DNA of 64,000 nt. It comes from a virus. The notes below the pieces were generated by a model. The model was not told where the DNA came from. It worked only from the letters and a program-made list of their open reading frames with translations, and did not search any database. The stretch is from positions 64,001 through 128,000 of IMG/VR virus record IMGVR_UViG_3300025138_000014; one strand, written 5' to 3'. Each line of letters starts with the position of its first letter. Within the stretch, counting starts at the first letter, position 1. A program made the translations under genes and the position numbers. Shown one piece after another: positions 36,886 through 45,601 of the stretch.

Positions 36886-37485
36886 ATGAAACTGAAGTAT
36901 GTAGCAATAGTATTTACAAACATATGCGTAGCATCAGGTTTTGGTTACGTTGCGTATGAAGTACATAAGAGAATGAATATTGAAGCAGTTATGGCTACAG
37001 AAGCCGTACAAATGAGGGCAGAAGAAATAGCTGCAGAGATACAATTTGAGCAAGAGCAATTAGCTGATAAAGCAATCCAACTAGAGTGTCTTGCTACAAA
37101 TATATATTATGAAACAATGGCCAAATCATTAGCAGGTGCTATGGCTGTTACAGACGTTGTATTAAATAGAGTAGAACACGAAAAATATCCAAGTACACCT
37201 TGCGATGTTGTTCACCAATCATATCTAAATGATAAAGGAGAACCTCTATTAAATAAGTGCCAATTCAGTTGGTACTGTGATGGAAAAGCTGATGAACCAC
37301 AGAATGCAGATTCTTGGTTACTATCTCAAAACTATGCAAAAATTATAATGGATGGTAAGTGGAGAGGAATTACAGAAGGCGCAACTCACTACCACGCACC
37401 TTACGTTAGTCCAAAGTGGGCCAAGTCCTTTACTGCAATCGGACATATTGGCGAACACTTATTTTTTAGAATGGAAAGTAAATAA
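36886..37485 (+). CDS. SleB-like cell wall hydrolase (Hydrolase_2) with N-terminal membrane anchor
   Basis: CLATNIYYE, AV..VVLNRV, C.VV.Q, CQFSWYCDGK, GATHYHA.YV.P.W, IG.H.F. Confidence 0.9.
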   Translation: MKLKYVAIVFTNICVASGFGYVAYEVHKRMNIEAVMATEAVQMRAEEIAAEIQFEQEQLADKAIQLECLATNIYYETMAKSLAGAMAVTDVVLNRVEHEKYPSTPCDVVHQSYLNDKGEPLLNKCQFSWYCDGKADEPQNADSWLLSQNYAKIIMDGKWRGITEGATHYHAPYVSPKWAKSFTAIGHIGEHLFFRMESK

Positions 37486-37928
37486 TGGCAAACTTAAACA
37501 ACAATCGCAGCATGAATAAACAATACTGGGATCCTCAAACTCCACCAACTGAGCGTCTTATTACGCAAGAAGAGATTGATAATAATCTCGGAAGTTTGTT
37601 TAATGAACTACATGCAGCAGTGATGCCCAACAGCGGTCTCACCGATGCAGGTGATGAAATAGAATATAAATTCAATGAAAGAAATTATATTGATGAATTC
37701 CAGCAGTATATAGATAAGACATATGAAGGACATTACTCTACAAATAAATTTCAGTCTACTGAAGTCATTATTGACCGAGGTAACGGTACTGGGTTTTGTA
37801 TGGGTAATGTAGATAAGTATTCTAATCGCTATGGAAACAAAGGTACTCGTGAAGATGCACGCAAAGACCTGATGAAAATACTACACTATGCATTAATTCA
37901 GTTGCACGTTCATGATAATGATCTGTAA
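37485..37928 (+). CDS. DUF3310-like conserved phage protein
   Basis: HY......EVI...GFCMGNV.KY..RYG.K....DL.K..HY. Confidence 0.65.
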   Translation: MANLNNNRSMNKQYWDPQTPPTERLITQEEIDNNLGSLFNELHAAVMPNSGLTDAGDEIEYKFNERNYIDEFQQYIDKTYEGHYSTNKFQSTEVIIDRGNGTGFCMGNVDKYSNRYGNKGTREDARKDLMKILHYALIQLHVHDNDL

Positions 37929-37931
37929 CTA

Positions 37932-37939
37932 TATAAATA
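37932..37939 (+). promoter_or_regulatory. Late promoter
   Basis: Exact TATAAATA, intergenic. Confidence 0.75.
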
Positions 37940-37969
37940 TTAAGTTATAACCAAACAAAGGAAAAACAA

Positions 37970-38317
37970 ATGAAAACTCTTACTCTCGCCACCGTTGCCA
38001 TGCTATCGGCAACATCACTTTCAGCAGCCGATCTTGGAGGTGGATTTAGTTTAGGCGGAGAATTGGACGTCAATGCAAATTTGACAGATAATGTTGAGTC
38101 ATATACACTAAAGCCAATTGCTGGATATACAATCGGCGGTATTAATTTTGAAGCCAACACTATTGTTAATCTTGACAAAATTAGTGACTATAAAATCAAC
38201 CTTGCATATGAAGCTACATATGACGTACATTCTTCTTTAGAACTTTATGGCAGGATGAAAACAAATGATAGTTGGAATACAGATGATGTTACTTTCGGGG
38301 CTACATTCTCTTTCTAA
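37970..38317 (+). CDS. Small outer-membrane beta-strand protein
   Basis: Sec signal peptide (MKTLTLATVAMLSATSLSA), alternating beta-strands, C-terminal beta-signal VTFGATFSF. Confidence 0.75.
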   Translation: MKTLTLATVAMLSATSLSAADLGGGFSLGGELDVNANLTDNVESYTLKPIAGYTIGGINFEANTIVNLDKISDYKINLAYEATYDVHSSLELYGRMKTNDSWNTDDVTFGATFSF

Positions 38318-38335
38318 TAACAAAAATAATTACAG

Positions 38336-38360
38336 AAAAGGCACTTTATGTGCCTTTTTT
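38336..38360 (+). terminator. Rho-independent terminator
   Basis: AAAAGGCAC-tttat-GTGCCTTTTTT. Confidence 0.8.
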
Positions 38361-38362
38361 AC

Positions 38363-38391
38363 TTTACATATACCAGTGTTTGTACTATAAT
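38363..38391 (+). promoter_or_regulatory. Early promoter
   Basis: TTTACA-N17-TATAAT. Confidence 0.8.
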
Positions 38392-38435
38392 TATTATACA
38401 AGCTAAAATAGAGAAATCAAACTGGAGAGTATATA

Positions 38436-39410
38436 ATGGCACATCAAGTTGAAATGATTAATGGCGTAGCTCAAATGGCCTACGCAGGTGCACTTCCATG
38501 GCACGGTCTTGGAGAAGCAGTTAGCAATGATTTAACTCCTCATCAAATGATGGAAAAAGCAGGATTGAATTGGGAAGTAAATAAAATCCCAATGAACTTT
38601 ACCAACTCAGGTGGTAAACTCCAAACGATCCCAGAAAAAGCAGCACTGGTTCGTTCTAGTGACTCAAAAGTCCTAGACATTGTAGGAGAAGGCTGGAACC
38701 CTATTCAAAACACTACGGCGTTTAACTTCTTTTATGAGTATGTACTAGCTGGCGATATGGAAATGCATACCGCAGGTAGTCTTAAAGGCGGTAAGCACAT
38801 CTGGGCTTTAGCTAAAGTTAAAGAAAGTTTTGATGTATTCGGTGAAGATACAATTGAATCTTTTGTACTTTTCTCAAATCCTCACCAATACGGTAAATCA
38901 GCAGACGTTAGGTTTACACCAATCCGAGTTGTTTGCAATAACACTCTAAGCATGAGCCTTGGACAATCGGCTGATAGATCAGTACGGATCGGTCATGCAA
39001 CACCGTTTAATCCAGATAGTGTAAAAGAGACACTAGGTATTGCTTCTGAGAAATTTGCTAAGTACAAAGAAATGGCTGAATTTCTCGGTTCTAAAAGAGT
39101 ATCAGCTGAGTCACTTCTCAACTTTTACAATACTGTGTATCCACATAGTGCTAAGCCAGTTGTTAATCCAACTGAAGAAAAGCAGCTATCTCGTCCAGCA
39201 AAACTTTGCTATGATGCTCTTAATACACAACCAGGTGCACACTTTGCCGAAGGTTCATGGTGGCAGGCTTTTAACTCTGTAACATATGTTACAGATCACG
39301 TTCAAGGTAATAGTGCAGAGAATAGATTACATTCTCAGTGGTTTGGTGGAAATCAAGCACGTAAATTAAAAGCTGCAGAGGTTGCTGTAAAGATGGCAAC
39401 TGCCGCTTAA
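38436..39410 (+). CDS. DUF932 family protein
   Basis: PWHGLG, AGL.W.V, TAGSLKGG..IW.LA, TPIRVVCNNTL, W.AFNSVT. Confidence 0.85.
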   Translation: MAHQVEMINGVAQMAYAGALPWHGLGEAVSNDLTPHQMMEKAGLNWEVNKIPMNFTNSGGKLQTIPEKAALVRSSDSKVLDIVGEGWNPIQNTTAFNFFYEYVLAGDMEMHTAGSLKGGKHIWALAKVKESFDVFGEDTIESFVLFSNPHQYGKSADVRFTPIRVVCNNTLSMSLGQSADRSVRIGHATPFNPDSVKETLGIASEKFAKYKEMAEFLGSKRVSAESLLNFYNTVYPHSAKPVVNPTEEKQLSRPAKLCYDALNTQPGAHFAEGSWWQAFNSVTYVTDHVQGNSAENRLHSQWFGGNQARKLKAAEVAVKMATAA

Positions 39411-39417
39411 TAAAACA

Positions 39418-39435
39418 GGGGAGCCTCGGCTCCCC
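39418..39435 (+). other. GC-rich stem-loop after DUF932 (weak terminator or RNA stabiliser)
   Basis: GGGGAGC-CTCG-GCTCCCC with no T-tract. Confidence 0.55.
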
Positions 39436-39456
39436 CATCCTTAAAGGGAATATGTA

Positions 39457-39783
39457 ATGAGTGATTATAACTGTGACAACTGGGTCATTATCAAGATGAA
39501 AGGTGATGACCCACATTACCGACTTCTTGTCGGAACCTCAGGGGGTTACTTAGATGGCGACAGTTGGCGTATGAACAGTGGCATTACAAAGGTAGAAGAG
39601 GACGAAGCATTCTACTACTTTTATGGGTCTAGTGGGTCTCGATATCGTAGTTGTAAAGAGTCGTACACGCTGAGGATGAATAATGCTCATATCTGGGATC
39701 AGCTTCAGAAACTTCATGGCGACAAAGTTGAGATGATGCCAGAAGATACAGACTGGATAAATATGGATTGGATTATCAAATGA
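39457..39783 (+). CDS. Conserved phage hypothetical
   Basis: GGYLDGDSWRMNSGI, F.GSSGS.Y motifs. Confidence 0.7.
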   Translation: MSDYNCDNWVIIKMKGDDPHYRLLVGTSGGYLDGDSWRMNSGITKVEEDEAFYYFYGSSGSRYRSCKESYTLRMNNAHIWDQLQKLHGDKVEMMPEDTDWINMDWIIK

Positions 39784-40574
39784 AATTTATTGCTGCAATG
39801 GACCATAGTGGTGGATCAACAGGCGGAGTACTTGATCGGTATGAACAAACATATACCGAAGAAACTAAAATGGATTTGATCCATGATATGCGAACACGAA
39901 TGATTAATGCTCCAAGTTTTAACGGAGATAATATTTGGGGAACAATTCTTTATAAAGACACAGTCCTACGTGGAGTGTCTGCTACTCTTTTGGAAAAAGA
40001 GATTGTATCATTCCTAAAAGTTGATAGTGGAGTTATCTTTAGTGGTATGCTCAAACCATTTAATCTTGGCGAAATGATTAATATTGCAAAAGAACATCGT
40101 TGTGTCGGTACAAAGATGCGAAGCATTGTTTATTCCAAAGACGTACTAGAACCAATTGTAAAAGAACAATTTGAACTAGGTCAACAGATTTTTGAAAACG
40201 GACTTATTCCTATTATTGAACCAGAAGTTCCTATAGATCATATGAATAAATCAGAACTTGAGACCATGCTAGACGCTTCATTGAAAGCACATCTTGCTAG
40301 ATTTAAAGGTCAATGTATTCTAAAATTAACTTTACCTGAAATCAATGGTCTTTATAGTGATTACTCTAATCACCCTAAAGTTGTAAAAGTTGTTGCACTT
40401 AGCGGTGGTTATAGTACAGAAGTTGCTTGTAAAAGACTATCAGAACAAAGTGCTATGGGAGCAAGTTTTAGTCGAGCACTTTCCGAAAATCTATATGCTA
40501 GTCAACGTGATGTAGATTTTAATTCATCTCTTGCTTGGAATATTAAAAGAATCAGTGAGGCTTGTTCAGTTTAA
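39780..40574 (+). CDS. Class I fructose-bisphosphate aldolase
   Basis: FIAAMDHSGGST, FLKVD.G, GTKMRS, PIIEPEV, LKLTLP, ALSGGY, ASFSRAL. Confidence 0.9.
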   Translation: MKFIAAMDHSGGSTGGVLDRYEQTYTEETKMDLIHDMRTRMINAPSFNGDNIWGTILYKDTVLRGVSATLLEKEIVSFLKVDSGVIFSGMLKPFNLGEMINIAKEHRCVGTKMRSIVYSKDVLEPIVKEQFELGQQIFENGLIPIIEPEVPIDHMNKSELETMLDASLKAHLARFKGQCILKLTLPEINGLYSDYSNHPKVVKVVALSGGYSTEVACKRLSEQSAMGASFSRALSENLYASQRDVDFNSSLAWNIKRISEACSV

Positions 40575-40906
40575 TGAAATATGTAATTGATATTGACGGT
40601 ACTATTTGTAATGAAGTATTTAATAATAACGGCACAAAGAATTATGCTCTACATGAGCCTGCAATGGATCGCATTGCAAAGGTAAACAAACTATATGATG
40701 CAGGGCATACTATTAAATATATGACAGCCCGAGGCGCAGTTAGTAAAGTTGATTATTATGATCTAACCAAGAAACAACTGGATAGTTGGGGTGCTAAATA
40801 CCATGAGTTGAGTGTCGGAGAAAAAGAACATTACGATGTTTGGATTGATGACAAAGCATATTGGAGTGAAAACTTTTTTAGAAAATCTGGAGAAAGCTAT
40901 GAGTAA
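40574..40906 (+). CDS. Minimal HAD phosphatase
   Basis: IDIDGTI, TARG, WIDDKA. Confidence 0.8.
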   Translation: MKYVIDIDGTICNEVFNNNGTKNYALHEPAMDRIAKVNKLYDAGHTIKYMTARGAVSKVDYYDLTKKQLDSWGAKYHELSVGEKEHYDVWIDDKAYWSENFFRKSGESYE

Positions 40907-41213
40907 ATGGATATATGAATGTTGGAATGCAGTAATGGATTATGAAAAGAATCCCTTGAGTAATATTCCAGATGTTCAGACACGACATATGATTATGCAA
41001 GTTTTAGCTTGGATGTGGTGCATTGCATTTGGATTTATTGTAAGTAATCTATGGGCTGGTGTAATTAGTATGATGGCTCACATTGTATTAATAGGAGCAA
41101 TAGCAATTACTGTAGCAACATTTGAAACAGCAAAATCTAATCCACAATTATTTACAAGAAGAAAACGTGTAGATGGTTATAACGGTAGACAAAATAACGG
41201 AGAGCACAACTAG
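40899..41213 (+). CDS. Two-TM membrane protein
   Basis: GGAG SD; NPL..IPD...RH..MQ.LAWMWC followed by hydrophobic helices. Confidence 0.65.
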   Translation: MSKWIYECWNAVMDYEKNPLSNIPDVQTRHMIMQVLAWMWCIAFGFIVSNLWAGVISMMAHIVLIGAIAITVATFETAKSNPQLFTRRKRVDGYNGRQNNGEHN

Positions 41214-41447
41214 ATGGATAGAGTACGGGTTAATTCTAATACTCAGGCATCAAGTTTAATAGAGCCAAAAAGAACTATGGTTGACCCGCCTAACGGATGG
41301 AGATACGGGTTCCCTAAAATGCTTCCTCTAATTCCAAAAGAAGGTAAAGATTTTAAGTTAACAAGGTGGTTAGTATCAGAAGGATATCCACAACATGAGA
41401 TAACAGACTTAGGTGCTGCATTTCATGTAAGGGTATGGGAAGTATAA
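41214..41447 (+). CDS. Hypothetical protein
   Basis: DPP.GWRYGFPK...WL...GYP motif. Confidence 0.6.
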   Translation: MDRVRVNSNTQASSLIEPKRTMVDPPNGWRYGFPKMLPLIPKEGKDFKLTRWLVSEGYPQHEITDLGAAFHVRVWEV

Positions 41448-41488
41448 GGATGAATAGAGAAAAGCAATTATGGAAAAAGGTAAAGAAA

Positions 41489-41926
41489 ATGGATCTAGGA
41501 AACCCGATAATCACGACACTAGTTGGACTGGTTATTTTTTATATTGGACTTAAAACATTCTCGGGTGGTATGAAGTCCATGGGTAATATGGAACATCTAA
41601 ATTGGTTCTTAGGTAGTCCAATATATATGTTCTTCGGTGGTATTATTATGACTTTGTTATGGCAATCCTCTTCTTTGTCTACAACGGCTATTATTGCTTT
41701 AGTTGCTTCAGGAGCACTCCCGCTTCCAGCTGCAATTGCATGTGTGCTAGGTGCAAATCTCGGAACTACTGGAACCATATGGTTAGCTGGTTTCTTTGTA
41801 TCTGATGGAATGCCAAAGGGAGATACATTAAGAATTGCTATGGCTCATACTGGAATGAACTTACTTATGGCTCTTGCTTTACTACCATTTGTTGGAAGAA
41901 TAGGTCAATTTTTAATGAAGTTTTAG
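41489..41926 (+). CDS. Na+/Pi cotransporter (SLC34/NptA) single-repeat protein
   Basis: G...T.LWQSSS.ST...IALV..G.LPL.AAIA.VLGANLGTT.T is the family repeat; only one copy in 145 aa. Confidence 0.8.
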   Translation: MDLGNPIITTLVGLVIFYIGLKTFSGGMKSMGNMEHLNWFLGSPIYMFFGGIIMTLLWQSSSLSTTAIIALVASGALPLPAAIACVLGANLGTTGTIWLAGFFVSDGMPKGDTLRIAMAHTGMNLLMALALLPFVGRIGQFLMKF

Positions 41927-41948
41927 CAATAATAATTCATTTTAGGGG

Positions 41949-41977
41949 TTTACAAGCTTTGAGGGTTGAGTTATAAA
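41949..41977 (+). promoter_or_regulatory. Early promoter
   Basis: GGGG-TTTACA-N17-TATAAA. Confidence 0.75.
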
Positions 41978-42012
41978 AGTATAACGAAACAAACTAGAAA
42001 GAGAGCCTCCAA

Positions 42013-42384
42013 ATGACTAAGTTTAACAAATCAGATTTTGAATATTACGGTGGATACTTACATTACACAGGCACTTATGATAATGCAGAAGTTTGGCCTG
42101 CAATCACTAAAGGCGGTACCAAAGTTCACCCATCAAGAGTCGGTAAGCAGAAGCCACTTTTCATTGCTCGGTTTAAGCACAGCGGACCATTTACTAAAGC
42201 CAAGTTCCTTGCACAGCTTATCAAAAACTTCACAGTTGAAGAGTATGTAGAAGCAAGAAACCAAGATGGACTAGATAGTTCTCCACTTCAAATTCTTCGG
42301 AATAAAAATGAAGATTGGTACTACAAAGTATTGTTTGCCTGGAAGAAGAAAACTGCACCAGGAAGATACTTGCATCTGGACTAA
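42013..42384 (+). CDS. Early hypothetical protein
   Basis: Own promoter and terminator; F.Y.GGYL.Y...FIARFK..F...LIKNFTVEEY. Confidence 0.7.
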   Translation: MTKFNKSDFEYYGGYLHYTGTYDNAEVWPAITKGGTKVHPSRVGKQKPLFIARFKHSGPFTKAKFLAQLIKNFTVEEYVEARNQDGLDSSPLQILRNKNEDWYYKVLFAWKKKTAPGRYLHLD

Positions 42385-42400
42385 ATAAATCCTCCCTATA

Positions 42401-42427
42401 AAGGAGTCCTTCGGGGCTCCTTTTTTT
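42401..42427 (+). terminator. Rho-independent terminator
   Basis: GGAGTCC-TTCG-GGGCTCC followed by T7. Confidence 0.9.
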
Positions 42428-42428
42428 G

Positions 42429-42436
42429 TATAAATA
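42429..42436 (+). promoter_or_regulatory. Late promoter for the nuclease gene
   Basis: Exact TATAAATA immediately after the terminator. Confidence 0.8.
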
Positions 42437-42456
42437 TTATAGATAGGGAGAATTAA

Positions 42457-43338
42457 ATGGCCGAACTAACAGAGACCCAAGAAGGTACACGACAAGCACA
42501 AAAAGGTTTTATCTATGAAAGAAATGTCTTTGATGCTTTGAAGAAACCAGTCTTTAATATTATCCCTGATGGGTTTAGTCCAGCTGGTGCATCATCTAAT
42601 CAACCAGACTTGAAAATACAAAAGATGATGAAAACTAACCCACCAAGAGTAGCAAAAAGTGGAGTTGAATTAAAGATTTCTGCTGCGGCTGCTGGGTCTC
42701 TTAAAATAGAATATAATCCAGATGCAAGACAGGGTAGCAGATGGGCTGTAGGTAAAGAAGGTGAATTGAGTAAAGAAAAGAAATTCATTCAATCAGTGGC
42801 TGCAAGAGAGAAAATTGCACAAAAATTAAATGCAAAACCAGAGGACGGCGGTTGGAGAACCAATAAGACACCATTTGCTTATATGGCACGTAAGGACAAA
42901 AGATCCGTTCCTCCGATGGAAAGATACGAGCAAGATATGAAAATGTATAAAAGCATTACAGGTTCTATGGATGCACGATACATTGAAAGATATTACAATT
43001 TAAAAGACACTTACTATATAAATATTGGTACAAGGGGTTTCTATTTACTTGGAACAAAAAACCCTCTAAACATAAATCGAGCAAGGAGCGCCAAAGGATC
43101 TTATGAACCTATTATACCATTTTCTAGTGTTGCTCAAACATCTTGGAGGGCAAGAGTACAGAAGAAAACAGAGGCAGGTGGATATCAGTTCACGTTAGAA
43201 TTTGTGTTTACTATACCTGCATATAATCGGTCTCCTTTAAATATCGGACCGATTAGATCAGATGGCAAGACAGTTGATATTTACAACATAAGGGCGCAAG
43301 CGGATAATCTACAGAGTATATTCGGAATGGGTCGTTAG
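42457..43338 (+). CDS. PD-(D/E)XK restriction-endonuclease-like protein
   Basis: G..YE..V, GAS...PDL, VELK pattern; YY..K.TYYINIG. Confidence 0.55.
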   Translation: MAELTETQEGTRQAQKGFIYERNVFDALKKPVFNIIPDGFSPAGASSNQPDLKIQKMMKTNPPRVAKSGVELKISAAAAGSLKIEYNPDARQGSRWAVGKEGELSKEKKFIQSVAAREKIAQKLNAKPEDGGWRTNKTPFAYMARKDKRSVPPMERYEQDMKMYKSITGSMDARYIERYYNLKDTYYINIGTRGFYLLGTKNPLNINRARSAKGSYEPIIPFSSVAQTSWRARVQKKTEAGGYQFTLEFVFTIPAYNRSPLNIGPIRSDGKTVDIYNIRAQADNLQSIFGMGR

Positions 43339-43376
43339 CGATATTTGTTATTAATGTAAAATAATGGAGAATAACA

Positions 43377-43865
43377 ATGATCGACCCACTCACAGCAATA
43401 GCTGCTGCATCGGCCGCATATAAAGGACTTACTAAAATAGTCCAAGCAGGGCAAGAACTTGAAAATTGTACAGACCAATTAGGAAAATGGTTTGGTGCAC
43501 TTAATGATATTAATAGAGCAGAAGAACAAAGAAAAAGACCACCATTACACGCTAAGTTAATGGGTTCTGGTTCCATTGAGGAAGAAGCCTTTGCTATAAT
43601 ATCACATAAGAAAAAGATGAAAGAACAAGAAAAAGAAATTATGTTTATGTTGAATATGAGATTTGGTCCTAATACATGGGACGAAATGATGGAGTTAAGA
43701 CGAGCAATTAAGAAAGAACGTGAAGATACCATATACGCCGCCGAAGAGTTTAAGCATGCAGTTTTAAATGGTGCAATTATGCTTGCATTATCATTTGGTA
43801 TAATATTTGCGGTATTTGGTGGAGTTTATTTAATCGGAACGGTACAAAACCCACCTTGGTGGTAA
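43377..43865 (+). CDS. Phage membrane protein (coiled coil with C-terminal TM)
   Basis: MIDPLTAIAAA N-terminus, GGAG SD, C-terminal hydrophobic helix. Confidence 0.65.
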   Translation: MIDPLTAIAAASAAYKGLTKIVQAGQELENCTDQLGKWFGALNDINRAEEQRKRPPLHAKLMGSGSIEEEAFAIISHKKKMKEQEKEIMFMLNMRFGPNTWDEMMELRRAIKKEREDTIYAAEEFKHAVLNGAIMLALSFGIIFAVFGGVYLIGTVQNPPWW

Positions 43866-43873
43866 ATTAACTG

Positions 43874-43902
43874 TTTACAAGCTATTCATTATATGATATT
43901 AT
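43874..43902 (+). promoter_or_regulatory. Early-type promoter
   Basis: GTTTACA-N17-TATTAT; a near-late GATAAATA follows at 43913-43920. Confidence 0.6.
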
Positions 43903-43933
43903 AAAGTTATATGATAAATAGGAGAAATAATTA

Positions 43934-45157
43934 ATGTTAACCTTTAGTCAACTCAAAGAACAAAAAAACATGCACATGACTCATATAGAGGATAAAGTCC
44001 TTTATGGTGGTGTGAAAGGAACAAGACAGGCTATACTTGCACTTCGAGAGTTGCGAGATATGCTAAAAGGAGAACATGATGGAACAGTTAGTGTTAAATG
44101 GGATGGTGCTCCTGCTATTTTTGCTGGCATTGATCCGTCTGACGGTAAGTTTTTTGTTGCTAAAAAATCAATATTCAATAAAAATCCTAAAGTCTACAAG
44201 TCGGCATCTGATGTCAATTCTGATACTACAGGTGATCTTGCTCAAAAGCTGGTGCTTGCTCTAAAGTATCTACCAGAGTTAGGTATCACAGGTGTTATTC
44301 AAGGCGACTATTTATTTGAACAATCAGACTTAAAGAAAGAAAAAATCAAAGGAGATGACTATGTCACTTTCCACCCTAATACAATTCTATACGCAATCCC
44401 AGCCAACTCTCAAGAAGCAAAAGAAGTACAATCTGCTAAACTGGGTATTGTCTGGCATACAACATATAATGGCGCAAGTTTTCAAGAGATGAGAGCATCG
44501 TACGGCGTGAATGTATCTAAATTTAAAAAGTCCAAAAACGTGTGGTCACAAGATGCTATGTTAACTGATATGACCAACTATACTATGTCAAAATCAGAAA
44601 CGGAGACTGTAAATGATCATCTACAAAAAGCTGGTAAACTTTTTAACCAGATTAATTCAACTACCCTTAAAACTCTTGAAGCTAATCAAGAGTTGGCTAA
44701 ACTCATTGAAATGTTCAATAATACTTATGTTCGGAAGGGTGAAATCGTTAGTAGTCCGGCTGCTCATGCTACCAAGCTTGTTACTTGGATATCTGAAAGG
44801 TATGCTAAGGAAATAACTAAGTTAAAGACCGAGAAGGGAAAAGCAGGTAAACAAGCCAAACTAGATAGTATTCTGAGTTTCTTTTCTGGGTCTAATAAAG
44901 TATCATTAATTAAGATGTTTGAATTACAGCAAACCATTGTTTTGGCTAAACTAAACCTTATAAATATACTTAATAAGCTATCAAAGACAAAAACTTTTGT
45001 TAAGACCAAAAACGGATATAAGACGACTGGTCCAGAAGGTTACGTTGCTATAGATAGACTTGGTGGTGGTGCTGTTAAAATAGTTGATAGGATGGAATTT
45101 TCCTACAATAACTTCTCAGCTGATATATTAAAGGGATGGGATAAACCAGGAAGGTAA
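43934..45157 (+). CDS. RNA-ligase-like covalent nucleotidyltransferase (DUF6267-like)
   Basis: HMTHIED, motif I KWDG, IQGD, PEGYV, VKIVDR..FS..NF; N-terminus MLTFSQLKE. Confidence 0.6.
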   Translation: MLTFSQLKEQKNMHMTHIEDKVLYGGVKGTRQAILALRELRDMLKGEHDGTVSVKWDGAPAIFAGIDPSDGKFFVAKKSIFNKNPKVYKSASDVNSDTTGDLAQKLVLALKYLPELGITGVIQGDYLFEQSDLKKEKIKGDDYVTFHPNTILYAIPANSQEAKEVQSAKLGIVWHTTYNGASFQEMRASYGVNVSKFKKSKNVWSQDAMLTDMTNYTMSKSETETVNDHLQKAGKLFNQINSTTLKTLEANQELAKLIEMFNNTYVRKGEIVSSPAAHATKLVTWISERYAKEITKLKTEKGKAGKQAKLDSILSFFSGSNKVSLIKMFELQQTIVLAKLNLINILNKLSKTKTFVKTKNGYKTTGPEGYVAIDRLGGGAVKIVDRMEFSYNNFSADILKGWDKPGR

Positions 45158-45160
45158 AAG

Positions 45161-45598
45161 ATGACTAAGTCATTAGAAGAAATACGTGAGAACCGTATTG
45201 TAGAAGAAAAGTGTGAAGATTGCGGTTGCGACATGGACAATCCAAAAGACGATTGTGATTGTAGTAACCATACGAATGTGGATGAAGCACTAACTATTTC
45301 ACAGCGCCGTAATAAGTCAATCAGCATGAAAAGAAATAAAGCAAAAGTTGCTATTGGTAGAAAACGTGCCGCGAAAAAGATGGCTAGTAGTGCAGTTATT
45401 GGCAAGCGTGCTCAAAGACAAGCACGTAATCAGATGGCTAAAAAGTTCACTAAAGATGTACCAAAAAGTGATTTAAGTCCAGCGAGAAAAGCTGCAATTG
45501 AGAAACGCTTAGATAAGATGAAAGGGCGTATTAATAGAATAGCCAAGAAATTGGTTAAAGACGTCCGTAGAAAAGAAATTGAAAGAAAGCGCGGCTAG
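45161..45598 (+). CDS. Highly basic protein, probable internal head protein
   Basis: MTKSLEEIRE leader, Cys-rich stretch, K/R-rich body; TATAAATA at 44959-44966 upstream. Confidence 0.65.
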   Translation: MTKSLEEIRENRIVEEKCEDCGCDMDNPKDDCDCSNHTNVDEALTISQRRNKSISMKRNKAKVAIGRKRAAKKMASSAVIGKRAQRQARNQMAKKFTKDVPKSDLSPARKAAIEKRLDKMKGRINRIAKKLVKDVRRKEIERKRG

Positions 45599-45601
45599 AT
45601 T

